The translations under genes and the position numbers were made by a program. The notes beneath the pieces are model-generated. The model worked only from the letters and a program-made list of their open reading frames with translations, searched no databases and was not told the DNA's origin. Shown piece after piece: positions 1-11,420 of a DNA stretch of 64,000 nt. Within the stretch, counting starts at the first letter, position 1; every line of letters starts with the position of its first letter. Origin of the DNA: Camelus dromedarius (lineage: Eukaryota); contig NC_087437.1 of the NCBI RefSeq assembly GCF_036321535.1, forward strand, positions 111,292,001 to 111,356,000, in the 5' to 3' direction.

Positions 1-158
1 CCAAGGAGCCAGAGATGGCCAGCAGCCTGCCAGAAGCTTGGGGACCAGCAGGGACAGAGTCTCCCTCATGGCCTCAGGAAAACCAACCCTGCCGACACCT
101 GCTTCTCAGACTTTGAGCCTCCAGCACTGCGAGGTGATGCATTTCTGTTGTTTAAGCT
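1..158 (+). mobile_element. MaLR LTR (MLT1-type) 3' part, truncated by the window edge
   Basis: accaaccctgccgacacc...gcctccagcactgcgag...tttctgttgtttaagc. Confidence 0.75.
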
Positions 159-379
159 CTGTGATCTCAGGAAAGGTCCAAGGGGAGTAAAAACTCACCA
201 CGCCAGATCCCAAGAGCCATTCTCCTTCCCAGGGTACATGAAATATTTCCTTTACTGAATCAAGTTCGCTAATTGACAGATGAAACGGACTAACTGAAGT
301 CTTCATCATCCTTCTCCCAACAGTGGAGTGTAAGTCTCCGTCAGTCCTCCCAACAGAGGTCACTCCATGGTCAGATCAA

Positions 380-790
380 TAAACCACAGTCTCAGTCCTG
401 GCTGTCTCCAGTAGGCCATACATTATTGGCTGCATGAAAACCAGAAGCAAAAGAAAACCACAAGTAGAACTTCGTTCACATGATGCTGGAAGAGTCCCTG
501 GAGTAAGAGAGGACAAGCCTTGGTGCATAAGCACTTTTCAAGAGGCCTCTGTGTCACATTTGCTTACGTCTCTTTGGGTGAAGCAGATCGCATGGCCGAG
601 CCCAGCATCAAGACGAGAGGTAGACTCCACCCCTTGATGGAGGGAGTGGCAAGACATCCGTGGCTTTTTTTCCCCCTTAACGGAGGCACTGGGGATGGAA
701 CCCAGGCCCTCGTGCATGCTAAGCATGCGCTCTACCACTGAGCTATTACCCTCCCCACTGTGGCCTTTTTTTTTTTTGGCAATTGAACAC
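380..790 (-). mobile_element. Old MaLR LTR fragment interrupted by the SINE at 665-756
   Basis: cacatttgct...catggccgagcccag...tagactccaccccttgatgg motifs. Confidence 0.5.
665..756 (-). mobile_element. tRNA-Ala-derived SINE (vic-1-like, short form)
   Basis: Reverse complement GGGGAGGGTAATAGCTCAGTGGTAGAGCGCATGCTTAGCATGCACGAGGGCCTGGGTTCCATCCCCAG; flanked by c(c/t)gtggc(c)ttttt duplication. Confidence 0.88.
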
Positions 791-800
791 ACTCATCTAT

Positions 801-1155
801 TGCTATGGACTGAATCATGTCCCCCCTGCCACAATTCATATGTTGAAGCCCTAACCCCCAAAAGTGTTTGTATTTGGAGGTGGGGCCTTTGGGGGGAAGG
901 TCATGAGGGTGAAGCCTTCACGATGGGATTAGCGTTCTTATAAGAAGAGGCTCCGGAGAGCTCGCTCACTCTCTGACATGTGAGGACACAGGGAGAAGGC
1001 GGCTGCCTACAAGCCCGGAAAAGAGACCTTACCAGAACCTGGCCTTGCTGGCACCCTGATTTCCAGCCTCCAGAACTGTGAGAAAATAAATTTCTGATGG
1101 TTAAACTACCCTGTCTGTGGAATTTTATTATGGCAGCCTGAGTTGACCAAGATAC
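801..1155 (+). mobile_element. MaLR solo LTR (MLT1A-like)
   Basis: tgctatggactgaat...ttcatatgttgaagccctaacccc...cagcctccagaactgtgagaaaataaatttctg...gaccaagatac. Confidence 0.85.
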
Positions 1156-4100
1156 CTGCTTGTAGGTAGATGACCTGTAAGTCACACCTGAAAACAAAGC
1201 GGGGATGTCAGGAGGCACAGTGCAGAGAACAAACAAAGCCCCCAGCTAGCTTAAATTCAAGAAGGATCAGAAGAGAGTTGAATCTGCTCCTGAGGGGTGA
1301 GGTGGACTTTTCCAGGTGGACAACAGGAAAGGAAACTTTCCAGGCAGAGGGAACAGCCTATGCAAAGTCAAGAAGATGTGAAAAATCTGTTTCCTCTTGC
1401 TCTTCATCTTGGAGAAAACAAAACTTCAGAGCCTTCTTTAAGAATTCAATTTTCCACCGGTTTGGGGTGTTATGTCTGAGAAACTGGTCGGGTCTGTGTC
1501 TGGAAAACTGGTTAGGTTTCTCTTTGGTGCCCACGACTTTGCTGCCAGAATTGGAAATGGAAGACCCAAAAAGAATTTAATTTTAAAGGCTGTTTAAAAA
1601 GAGAATGAAAGTGGACCGATCTTCTCCCCGGGTCAGGCACTGTTATTTTAAAACATCCCTTTTTATTGCTCTGAAACAACGACAGAATGAAGGGTTCACT
1701 TCCAAAATCAAAAGCAAACTCTTGTCTCCAGAATTTTTTTTTGGACCTTGGCAGACAAATGGGCCTTTCTTCAAGACTTCCGAGACTGACTTAGGAAGAA
1801 AACCAGCTTGTCATTCAAGGAAACCTTGCTAAAGAAAGCTCCTCCCCACAAATGGGGCCCCCAAGATCCTCCTCATCTAGTGAATCAGGAAATGGAAGAT
1901 GGCACCTGCTATCTTGAGGGTTTCCCATTATTTTCAGTGGTCATTGTTTTCATATTTGGAATCATATATGAATGTTTTTACATTCATTCACTTCTTTCCC
2001 TTAGTCCGTGTGAATGAAATATCTCTATCTCTAATGGATTTTGAAATTTCAGACACAAAAATAAAATGTTCATTCTGGTGCAGCGAACCTTTTTTATTGC
2101 TAACTGACTTGTCCTCAGAGTGGCATATATGCTAATTAAAAAAAGAACTTTAATGCAGATGTACTTTTTAAACGAAAAGAATCAAAATTAACTTAATTTT
2201 CAGAATATTACAATGGCCTTTTGAGAACTTTGGTGAGTCTCTAAGGATAAGGAAAACAGGAATTGAGAATTCTATCCTGGAAGGATTGAGAATGCAACAT
2301 TTTTTTCACCAAAGCTGCTCTTTGGTCTCATGTGGATGTGTGAGGTGGCGGAAGCGTTTGTGTGAAGTCCTGGTGCTTAGTGGAATGTCGTACTGATATG
2401 CCCAGACCACCTTCCTGCGATCACTGGGTCTGTTTTCACCTTGTGAGAAAAGCCTCTGTCCCAGCACTGTCCCTTTGGGTAGACAAGTTGGCCGAGGGCA
2501 CCATCTTGTTTCCAGCCCTACTATCCCCATATAGGCCTAAGCATTCAGGAGGGAGGGTGGGAGAATCTGTTCCAGTCCTCAGGCCGTGTTTTGTAAAAAT
2601 ACTACCAGACACCATCAGCTACTTCCAAGGGCAAAATATGGCAAAATAGCGCCTCCTCTCCATTCACACCCCCTTAAAATGAAAGTAGCAGGAGAAGGAG
2701 GCAGAAAGAGGAGGCTGATGGCTTCTTTTAGGTCCTTTAGGGCTTCTGACTTTTAAAAGAGAAGATTTATTTAGCTTCTGAGATTTTTCAGTTATAAAAT
2801 CCGAGACTTTTTTGTTGTTGTTGTTTGCTTTTTGTTTTTGTTGCTAGCATGTGCATTTAAAACAGAAGGGGGAAAGGAAGAAAGGAGTGGGTGGGGGGGA
2901 CTCTTAAAATCCACAAGAAAATAAATTCTTGCTGAACACAGACCATTTAACGGGGAAGTCGTGAAGTTTGAGATTTTCCAAACGGGTGGATCTGTTCCCA
3001 CTCTGCTTTTAAGACGTTAAAGCGGAAGTTGTACTGAAAGTTGATACTGAAAGATGGAAGGATATTGCCTTTAGGCAGAGAGTTGTTTTTAATTTTTCCA
3101 AGGCAGTTTCTTGAAGAATCACGCAGAAATAAGTTGTGTTGGCTGAAGGCTCTCTCAGCTGCGCGCTGGTATAGAGTGGGCTGCCCACCAGCCCCCTGAG
3201 AACCAGTATTCACACCCTCCCCTGACACCACACCTCTGTCAGTTGCTTTGTCCCTTGCGTCTTGTTAAAGTTGCTGTCTGACTTCTCCAGGGAGCTGTGT
3301 CTCCAGGTCTTTCCTTTCAGAGATGCCGAGTGATACCCCGGCTTTTCCTCCAAGGATTATTTTTGTGTATCCGACTAAATATCAGGACCCCAACTTGGCT
3401 CCTGATTTAATCCCAAAGATTCCACATCTACGTTTCCGGGGCCCCTTTCTCTCTTCTTCCAGCATCAGCTTTTCTTTCTCTTTTGACCTCGGAGTATTCC
3501 ACCTGGCCAGTCTCCTTGGATTTGCTTCCATCCATCAGTGACTCACCCTTATTTCTTCCTGCTTGGAAAGCCCTGAATTATATTTGCTTGTTGCCATCTC
3601 ATCACTTTCTTTAAAACTATCTGTGGTTCTTGGGGGCCCCACGTCTGCCGTGGAGAAGCTCGAAAGCCCCTGGGCCATGTTTCAAAAGGCACATCAGGAA
3701 ATTCTGAACATGTTTTGAAACTCCTACTAATTCTACGGGATTACGGAGGTTTATAAACTGCATTCCACATTTCCCCTTGGTATTCTCACATACTTCCGAA
3801 AAGTCAAAGGGACTAGATTTCTCTTTATCCAGATATGAAACGTGTATGAAAACTCCCGGGGTGGGGAATTGAGATGCTCAATCTGGTTTCCCTTTTAAAA
3901 TCTCCTGTGGTTGTGTGACTTAATTAATTAAGGTTTCCGTTATTCTTTGGCAATAGGGTACAAATGTATTTGCAGCTTTTTATCTCTTGTTTTTGAAAGG
4001 TTTGTGATGAAACAACAGATCACATTTATCAGGCACTCAATTCTTGCCAGGCATAGCATTCAGCATTTTCTGTGGCTTAGCTCATTTGACCCACGTACAA

Positions 4101-5012
4101 CCTAAGAAGCAGGTGTTGTTACTGACTGCATTTTATAGATGAGAGACGCTGGATGAAACAGCTGTGTCCTCCTTACAGATATGGGACGTTTCTGTTGATG
4201 ATAAATTCCTCCAAGAGAAATGGAAATCTGGAGGGAGTTTGGTAAAATAATCAGTTAGAACGCCTGTAAAAACCACTTGCTCGATCCTGGTCTGACCACA
4301 GAGTTCACCAGCACTGTCTTTAAGACAAGCATCCTTCTCCTTGATCTGTGGTCACCACCAGGTAGCAGAGAGGGGCAGTAACTGGAGGAGATTTTTGTCA
4401 TCTTTTGTAGCCAGGGGTGACAAGAAGACACGCAGTTTAATGTATTAAGAACTCTTTGAAGAAAGAAACTTCATGAAGATTTTAGAGTTGGTCCTCTGTT
4501 CCCATATTACATTCGCCAAACTCCTTCAGTTGGATCCCTGCCCCATTACCATAACACCCCACCTCCTGTAGCATCCTGCATTATTTTAGGCACCCCACCT
4601 GTGACAGGACGCTCAGCATCCCTAAAGATAAAGGGAAATACGAAAGGTAATAGGGCAGCATTCGTCAAACTTGAGTATCGTCCACTCTTCTTGTAAAGGA
4701 AGAGCATTCTTGGTAACCCCTCATGTTGACTTCTCATTTTTATTTAAATTTTACTTCTTGGGCATAAATGTAAAATTAAACTCCTTTTATTTAGGGTCCT
4801 GTACAAATGAAAAACCAAAGCTAATTTACAAGTTAAATCTAACCAAGATGAAAAAGGACCCTCAAATATTCAAAGTAGCAACATTCATTAAATGCCATGG
4901 CTGCTGTCCGCAGGAGCTGAATTGCTGTACGCAGTCTGAGTGGGAGTCTCACTGCTGGGCACAGGCTCTTTGAGCTGCTCAGGCCCAGCTCACTCATCAC
5001 TTTTCACTGTCC

Positions 5013-5174
5013 CAGTGGCTCTCAGCCTTGAGTGTGCATCCAAAGCACCTGCAGGGAGCCCCCCCTACCCCGAGCCTGATTCAGAAGGTGTGGGGCCCAA
5101 GAATTTGCATTTCTAACAAGTCCCTAGATGCTGCTCCTGCTCCTGGTCAAAGGACCACACTTTGGGAACCACTG
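5013..5174. mobile_element. MER5A-like hAT MITE
   Basis: Inverted termini cagtggctctca...tgggaaccactg; internal gaatttgcatttctaacaag. Confidence 0.8.
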
Positions 5175-5471
5175 TGCTCTTCAGATCATCAGGAGGCTTT
5201 CTTTCCCACAGATAGAAATACAGGAACGCCATTGACAAATTAAGTCTGCCTCTGCTCCTTTCTCATTAGCCTGTGAGAATCAAGCTGATATATTTTAGCA
5301 AAAAGTGTGTGTTGGTAAGTCACAAATGCAAAAAGCAGGTGAAATGAAATGAAATCAAGTGTGCACAGTGGAGGATGACTGAGGAGTATAGTGTCCGTCT
5401 GATGTCCCTGGTTGGGCTTTGTCAAGTGTTTTAGTGTGTCTCCAAGAGAAAATCAAAAGTGGGGCTGCTGT

Positions 5472-5617
5472 GGGGGGAAGGTATAGCTCAGTGGTAGAGT
5501 GCGTGCCTAGCATGCAGAAGTCCTGGGTTCAATCCCCAGTACTGCCATTAAAAAAAAAAAAACCCTGATTACCACCCCCCAAAAAACCCCTTACAATTAA
5601 AAAAAATTATTAAAAAA
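5472..5617 (+). mobile_element. tRNA-Ala-derived SINE (vic-1-like, long form)
   Basis: A and B boxes, A-run, ccctgattaccacccccc tail; 16-bp TSD aaaagtggg(g/a)ct(g/a)ctg at 5455-5470 and 5618-5633. Confidence 0.9.
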
Positions 5618-8005
5618 AAAAGTGGGACTACTGACCCCCTGAGGTTGTGTCCATGGGCCTCAGGGGGAGAATCACTGAGTATCATAAAACACTCACTTGT
5701 GGGAAAAATGATATTATTTAAGTACCAGGTGCTTCAGCTTTGGGTGAACATGTTGGAGCCAGGATTAAGGCACACAGAGGTGAGCAGGGACCGGCTGACT
5801 GGTGGTGTACCCAGCCAGTGGGTGGAAGTTACAGACTTCGGCTTAGTATTTGGAAGCCCCTTCACGTGCATCGAGTTGCCCTGAATGGCAGCCTTAGGGA
5901 GCTTGACCCCGAGGCTCTTCAAGGGTCTTCCAGCAACAACCCTGTGGGGTGTCCTACGAGGTTTCCAGCCATAAGAGCCTTGTGTCCAAGACCCCTTCGA
6001 ATGCAAAAATGATACAGTTTGGAGGCCCTCTTAGCTTTCCCTCTGTCACTCTCCAGGGCTGACGGAAGCAGGGATGGTTGGCTCTGCCTCAGACACACCC
6101 ACAGTGCCGCACTGCATCGTAGGTTCTCAAACATGTCACCTCCCCTGAACCCCCTCCCTCTGCCCCCCAAACTGGCTCCCCTCTCAGCCTCTTCGACTTC
6201 ATCACCATCGTCGTCCTGCTTTCCGCCTTTGCATCCTGCCTCGTCCCCTTCAAATGTCTCCATTGCATATTTGCTTTTCTCTTTCCACTGTACACCTCCC
6301 CTCCCGCTGGGACTTTATTCTCAATGTGCTAATTATTGCCACAGTCTCCTGCTCCCTGTCCTGAGCCCCTTTCCTCCCCTTAATGCCAGATGACTGCTCC
6401 CCACATTATCTGGCTGTAGAACTTTTATCCCCCCCCACCATCTGTTCTTGCCCTAGGGAATGGTTTCCATGAGGCACATACAGGGAAATGCTGCTCTAAG
6501 CAGCTCTGGCTGTGTTCTGTCCATTCTTACCTTCTGTGCTTGGACTATACAGTTTATCCTCATATGCAGCCAAAGACAGATACGCTCACACACATATACT
6601 TACCCCCGAGAGGCCACCCGTCTTCACGTACTTACTACGGTCCTCTCCCTCCCTTAATTGAACTCCTCTGGGGTCAAGAGAAGCCAGAGCGTTTTCTTAC
6701 CCTCTCTGCACTCACTGCTTGAAAGGCTTGTGCTTATTTATTTGTTTACTTGTGACTGTCCCTTCACCCCACTCTAAGTCCAAGATGACGAATCCTTTTC
6801 TGGTCCTCCCTCCGCAAGGCCAACATCTATACCACTGCCTGGGGCCAAGAGCCAGCCCGAAAGCATTTGTGGAATGAATGTGGAGGTGTCTGTCTCTCTA
6901 ACTCAGCTGTGACTTGCAGAGCAGGAACTGGGTCTCAGTGGATGTCTGCAATTTGAGAAGGATTTCTGGCTGGAGCTGGGGGGCTCCAGACCTGTCCTTA
7001 TCCAGAGCACTGTGGTTCGGAGGCACCTCAGTGCAATGGGGCCCCAGGGATCTTCATTTCAACCTGTCTCATGGGATTTGCTTTGACTGGAGATCCTGTT
7101 GCCTGTTTTTAAAACAGATTCCCTTGGGCACTTTGAGCACTTGAGGCCTCTAGGCAGGCAAGGCATTTCATCCCCATGAGGAAATCGCATCAAAATGATA
7201 GTAGGTTTGCACATCGGGAAAATAAAAATCCTCCAAGAGATGTTGCTGTTCTCTAGTTTGGCTTTGGACGTAAGCAGTTAAGCCCATTTGGAAGGCCTTT
7301 TGACCACATCTGAGATATTGGGCCGGGGCTACGTAGCAGAAACTCACAGTACACAGTGATATAAAAGCATAAGAGCGAGAAGGAGACCCCTCCCCTCCCC
7401 TCCCCTTCCCCTCCCCGACCCCTCACAAAGGAATTTCTCTAGTTACAGGTCCAAACAGAATTCGAGGCAAGCGCTAAACACTGGCTTGGGGTATAAGACT
7501 TGTTTCAAAGGGCGGCGTGGAAACCAGGCAGGCTGGCCAGGCTGTGACTTGCCCCTCCGTGCAGGGTCTTGCCCTGAATATTTGGTCTGGCCTCCTCCAG
7601 GCTCCGCTTTGTAAACCACACTTGGAAAACCACATCGTGGCAGAACTAATTTTATTCAAGGTTCCTGTCGTCCCCCAGGTATTTTTTCACATCATTTGGT
7701 CTGGCCAGCCTGCCTGGTTTCCTGGTTTCCTATGTCCCTTCTGGAAGGGACATAGTTTCCCCTCCTGAAGGGGGTGGGTAGCTCTGGATAAACCCCTCTT
7801 ACAGCCATCGTCCAGGTCCTCACAGTTCGCCCATGCCTTTCGCATTTGCTGTTTCAAGGCAGAGCTAAGGATTCTAGGAAATGACGGAGAAGGCGTATCG
7901 AGGGGCACGCGAAAGCGACAGGGCTGCCGCCGGGCCAGGTCCGTGGCCTCTTTGTCACCCTCTCCTGGGGGTTCTGGTCTCACGCTCCGGTGTCTCTCTT
8001 TTCAG

Positions 8006-8133
8006 AGGTGTGAACATGTACGCCATGCTGACGGGGACCCTGCCTTTCACGGTGGAGCCTTTTAGCCTGAGAGCTTTGTACCAGAAGATGGTGGACAAGG
8101 AAATGAACCCCCTTCCCACCCAGCTCTCCACAG
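8006..8133 (+). CDS. HUNK: HUNK internal coding exon (128 bp): kinase subdomains IX-X, (I)GVNMYAMLTGTLPFTVEPFSLRALYQKMVDKEMNPLPTQLST(G)
   Basis: Acceptor ctctcttttcag|A, donor ACAG|gtaatg. Peptide recognised as HUNK kinase C-lobe; phase joins the next exon in frame. Confidence 0.96.
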
Positions 8134-9269
8134 GTAATGCACCTGCTACTCCGATTCAGGGTCCAGGGTACTCGATCTCTTCCTAGTATTAAAACGAAGT
8201 CTCAAGAAACGATTGGTTTCCTATCTGCAAGGAGCCACTCCCCTCATCTGCCCGCAGTCCTTTTTCTGTCATAATTCTGAGCCCCTAACTTCCTCCTTCC
8301 TCCTGCACAAAACACACCTGTCAGAAGGACCGTAGTCTCCATTGGAAAAATAATGGAGGCTGAGTTGTTTTAAGACTCACCCTTTTATAGTGTTGACTTT
8401 GAAAACAGTGTTTGTCATCACATTTCTATTGTGTCTTCCTTCGGCAAGCCACTCTAAAGAGATATTAGTTTCATTTGAGTTTGGTCTGGGATTTGTTTTG
8501 CAATGTGGGTTTTTGAGCCCGTTCAAAAGCGTTTAAATCTACATGGGTTCAGTTACTCGATTAGACTGAGTCATCAGGTGTGTTTGGAAAGTACACTCAA
8601 ACTTTAGCTGGTTCCCATTTCAGTAAACAGTTCCTATAAGGTTTGGTTTCAGATCCAGCAGATTAGTACAATTTGTTCTTTTGTTTGGTTCACAATTCAC
8701 TTCAAGTTCCTGGCCTCGGCTTGGCCTTGATGGTCGTTTAATTGGCTCCTTAGAATAAACTCACCTTCACTGAGGTAAGGCATGTGGCCAAAAAAAAAAA
8801 AAAAAAAAAAGGTGTAATTATTTAATTTCAATTTATGATACATGGTTCAGCTAGAGCACTTTTATTTTACTACTGTTAGGTTTTTTTTTTTTTTCTTGAG
8901 TTTACAAAGCGTCTGTGAAGCTGACCCAGAATTTATGGTTGTCAAATGGTGTCCAAGCTGAAATGTGTTCTTGTCCGTAATTACCTAGTTCGGTTCATAC
9001 TTTCACCTCTGCTGGGGAGGGCAGAATCTCTGCAGGCTGAAAGCGAAGCGGGCACTATGTTCTTGGGAAGATGAGTTACAGTTCCGTCCATATAAAAGAA
9101 ATAGTTCTGTACTGAGAGCCGTAACTCCTGGAGTTAGAAAATGTGCGAAATGTTGACTGAGTTGTTATACTTAGGTTTTAGAGCTTTCAGAAATGTTGAA
9201 AGTGCTGCAGTGAAAGCACATTCGTGCCTTCATTCCACGTTTCATATGCATTCACTTGTTCTGTGACTG

Positions 9270-9505
9270 CCATTCACTCATTCCATAGTTCACGTGCATC
9301 CACTTACTCCACGAATATGTACTGAGCATCAACTATGTGCTAGGAACGCTCCGTCACCAGGAAGAGAAGTAAGACAGTCTTTACCCATATACAGCTTACC
9401 TATCAGCAGGGGAGGCAAAAAACCAACCAGATAAACACATGTGATGTTTGGTGGTTTAAGTGCTCTAAAGAAAATAAGAGAAATCAGGATAAGAGGATAG
9501 AGAAT
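9270..9505 (-). mobile_element. L2 3' end
   Basis: cattcactcattc...tactgagcatcaactatgtgctagg. Confidence 0.6.
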
Positions 9506-9554
9506 AAAGATAGTTTTTTTTTTTTTTTTAAAGCGGTTAAGGTTTTCAAAAACC

Positions 9555-9932
9555 TTTTTAGTGTGGTGTGATTGTAGATTCATACAGAGAGACCATCTGT
9601 CCTTCATCCAGTTTTCCCCAGTGGTAGCATCTTAAATAACTGTAGTTCAGTATCACCACCAAGACATTGCTGAAATCCATTGACCTTATTCAGATGTACG
9701 TGTCGCTGTGTACTTAGTTCTGTACAATCTCATCACATGTGTAGGTCCACGTGACAGTTACCGCAGTCACGATACAGAACAGTACCATGACCAGGATTCC
9801 TCATCCTACCCTCTAAAGCCACAGCCACCTCTCTGTTTCCCACCTTCCCTAACTCCTGGCCACCACTCACCTGTTCTCTGACTCTGTAATTTTTGTCCTT
9901 TCAAAAATGCTGTATATATATATGTGTGTGTG

Positions 9933-9973
<41 letters not shown>

Positions 9974-10430
9974 GCTTTTTTTTTCATTCAGTGTAATTCC
10001 ATTGAGACCCATCCAAGTTGTTGCATGTATCAATCCTTTGTTCCTTTTTCTTGCTGAGCAGTATTTCATGGTAGAGATATACCATAGTTTAAATATTCGC
10101 CCGTTGAAGGACACTGGGTTGTTTCCAGTTTCTGGCAATGATAGATAAAGCTGCTATCAACATTCATACATAGGTTTTTGTTGAACATGGTTTTGTTTCT
10201 CTGAGATGAATGCCTAAGAGTGAAATCACTGGGTTGTATACAGTAAGCACGTATTTAGTTTTGTAAAGAATTTCTTCACTCTTGTTCCTAGTGGCTGTAA
10301 CACTTTGTGTTCTCTCAAGCGATGCATGAGTGATCCAGTTTCTCTGCATCCTTGCCAGCATTTGATACTCTCACTATTTTTTATTTTAGCCATTCTGATA
10401 GGGGTCTAATGATACCTTATTGTGGTAACA
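9555..10430 (-). mobile_element. Old L1 (L1M) 3' region containing a GATA microsatellite
   Basis: Minus-strand ORFs give L1 ORF2 C-terminal-like text (MLARMQRNW, KLWYISTMKYCSA, HATTWMGL). Confidence 0.8.
9933..9972 (+). repeat. (GATA)10 microsatellite
   Basis: Direct reading. Confidence 0.97.
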
Positions 10431-11420
10431 AATAAGATTTAATGTTTACAAATAAATGCAATCTTTCAAGGTAGTCTCTTTTAAGAGTCATATAGTCATA
10501 AATCCTGCCACCTTTCAGAGTGATTCTGAAGTTCCTTTTATGGTTTAGAGGCTGTTTTGTTCTAAGTGGTCCAATACAAAGAACAGTAGGAGGATGTTGG
10601 TACCCTCATGCCTGGAAAAAGCAGACAGTGCTCACTTTGAATCCCAACGAGACACTGAAGAACTGGAACTGCTTCTCACTGTAGTAGTCAGGATAACCCA
10701 GGTTATGCTGCAGTAACAAACGGCTCCCAGATCTCAGGTGCATAAGACAACAAAGATTCATTTCTTATTCATGCTAGATATCTGTTGAGAGTTGGATCAA
10801 GGGTTGGAGGGTTCTGCTCATCCTAGTCAGTCAGGATACCAGATGGTTGGGGTAGCCACCATTTCAAACGAATCTGGTCCCTGCAGGGGGAAAGAGAAGC
10901 CTAAAAGTTCTCTTGTCAGTAATGAACTCTCCCACCCATGTTCCAGTCATAACTCCTGACTTTGTAAAACATGTCACATGGCTTCACTCAGCTAAATGAG
11001 CTGGGGAAGTGAACTCTGGATGGTGGAAAGCCAGGAATATCTGTTGATCAAACAGCATCAGTGTGAGCTGCAGGCTGTAGGAGGAGGAGCAGGTGGGACC
11101 TGGCGATCAGCACTGGGGTGAGTCGGGTAGCTGGACAAGGACAGGTAAATTAACAGCACAAGAAAATCAGTGTCATTGCTTCTGAATCACCAACCTTGTT
11201 TTTACCCCAATACTATTATCCAGACTTGGCAGGCTAGGCTCTAAGTGTTTTCTTATTGTGACAATTAAATTTACCCTTAAATAAGTAAAAGTTGCACCCC
11301 TGAAAATGTTATTAAAAAAAGTAGTCCAAAGAAGTTCCTCAGAAAGAACTAGAAATGTTCCAAGCAATTTTAGCATCACTGGAGTTAGTGTCCAGCCTCA
11401 CCTAGCTCCTGCCCTGAGCA
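10430..11420. mobile_element. MARNA-like mariner relic in two pieces (about 10430-10660 and 11150-11420), split by a MaLR LTR
   Basis: tattatccagacttggc (YSPDLA-like) and aaatgttccaagcaattttagcatcactggagttagtgtccagcctc resemble the recalled mariner 3' region. Confidence 0.5.
10680..11065 (-). mobile_element. Old MaLR LTR (MLT1J/K-like)
   Basis: gtagtagtcaggataacccaggttatgctgcagtaacaaac...aacaaagattcatttctt. Confidence 0.7.

Noticed and set aside
682..756. tRNA-Ala(AGC) gene (also the four similar copies)
   Set aside because: Extra 5' G-rich leader, A-rich tails, TSDs and stem or box mutations indicate SINEs rather than tRNA genes.
1..8005. Upstream HUNK kinase exons (HRD/DFG/APE)
   Set aside because: No such motifs found; they must lie before the window.
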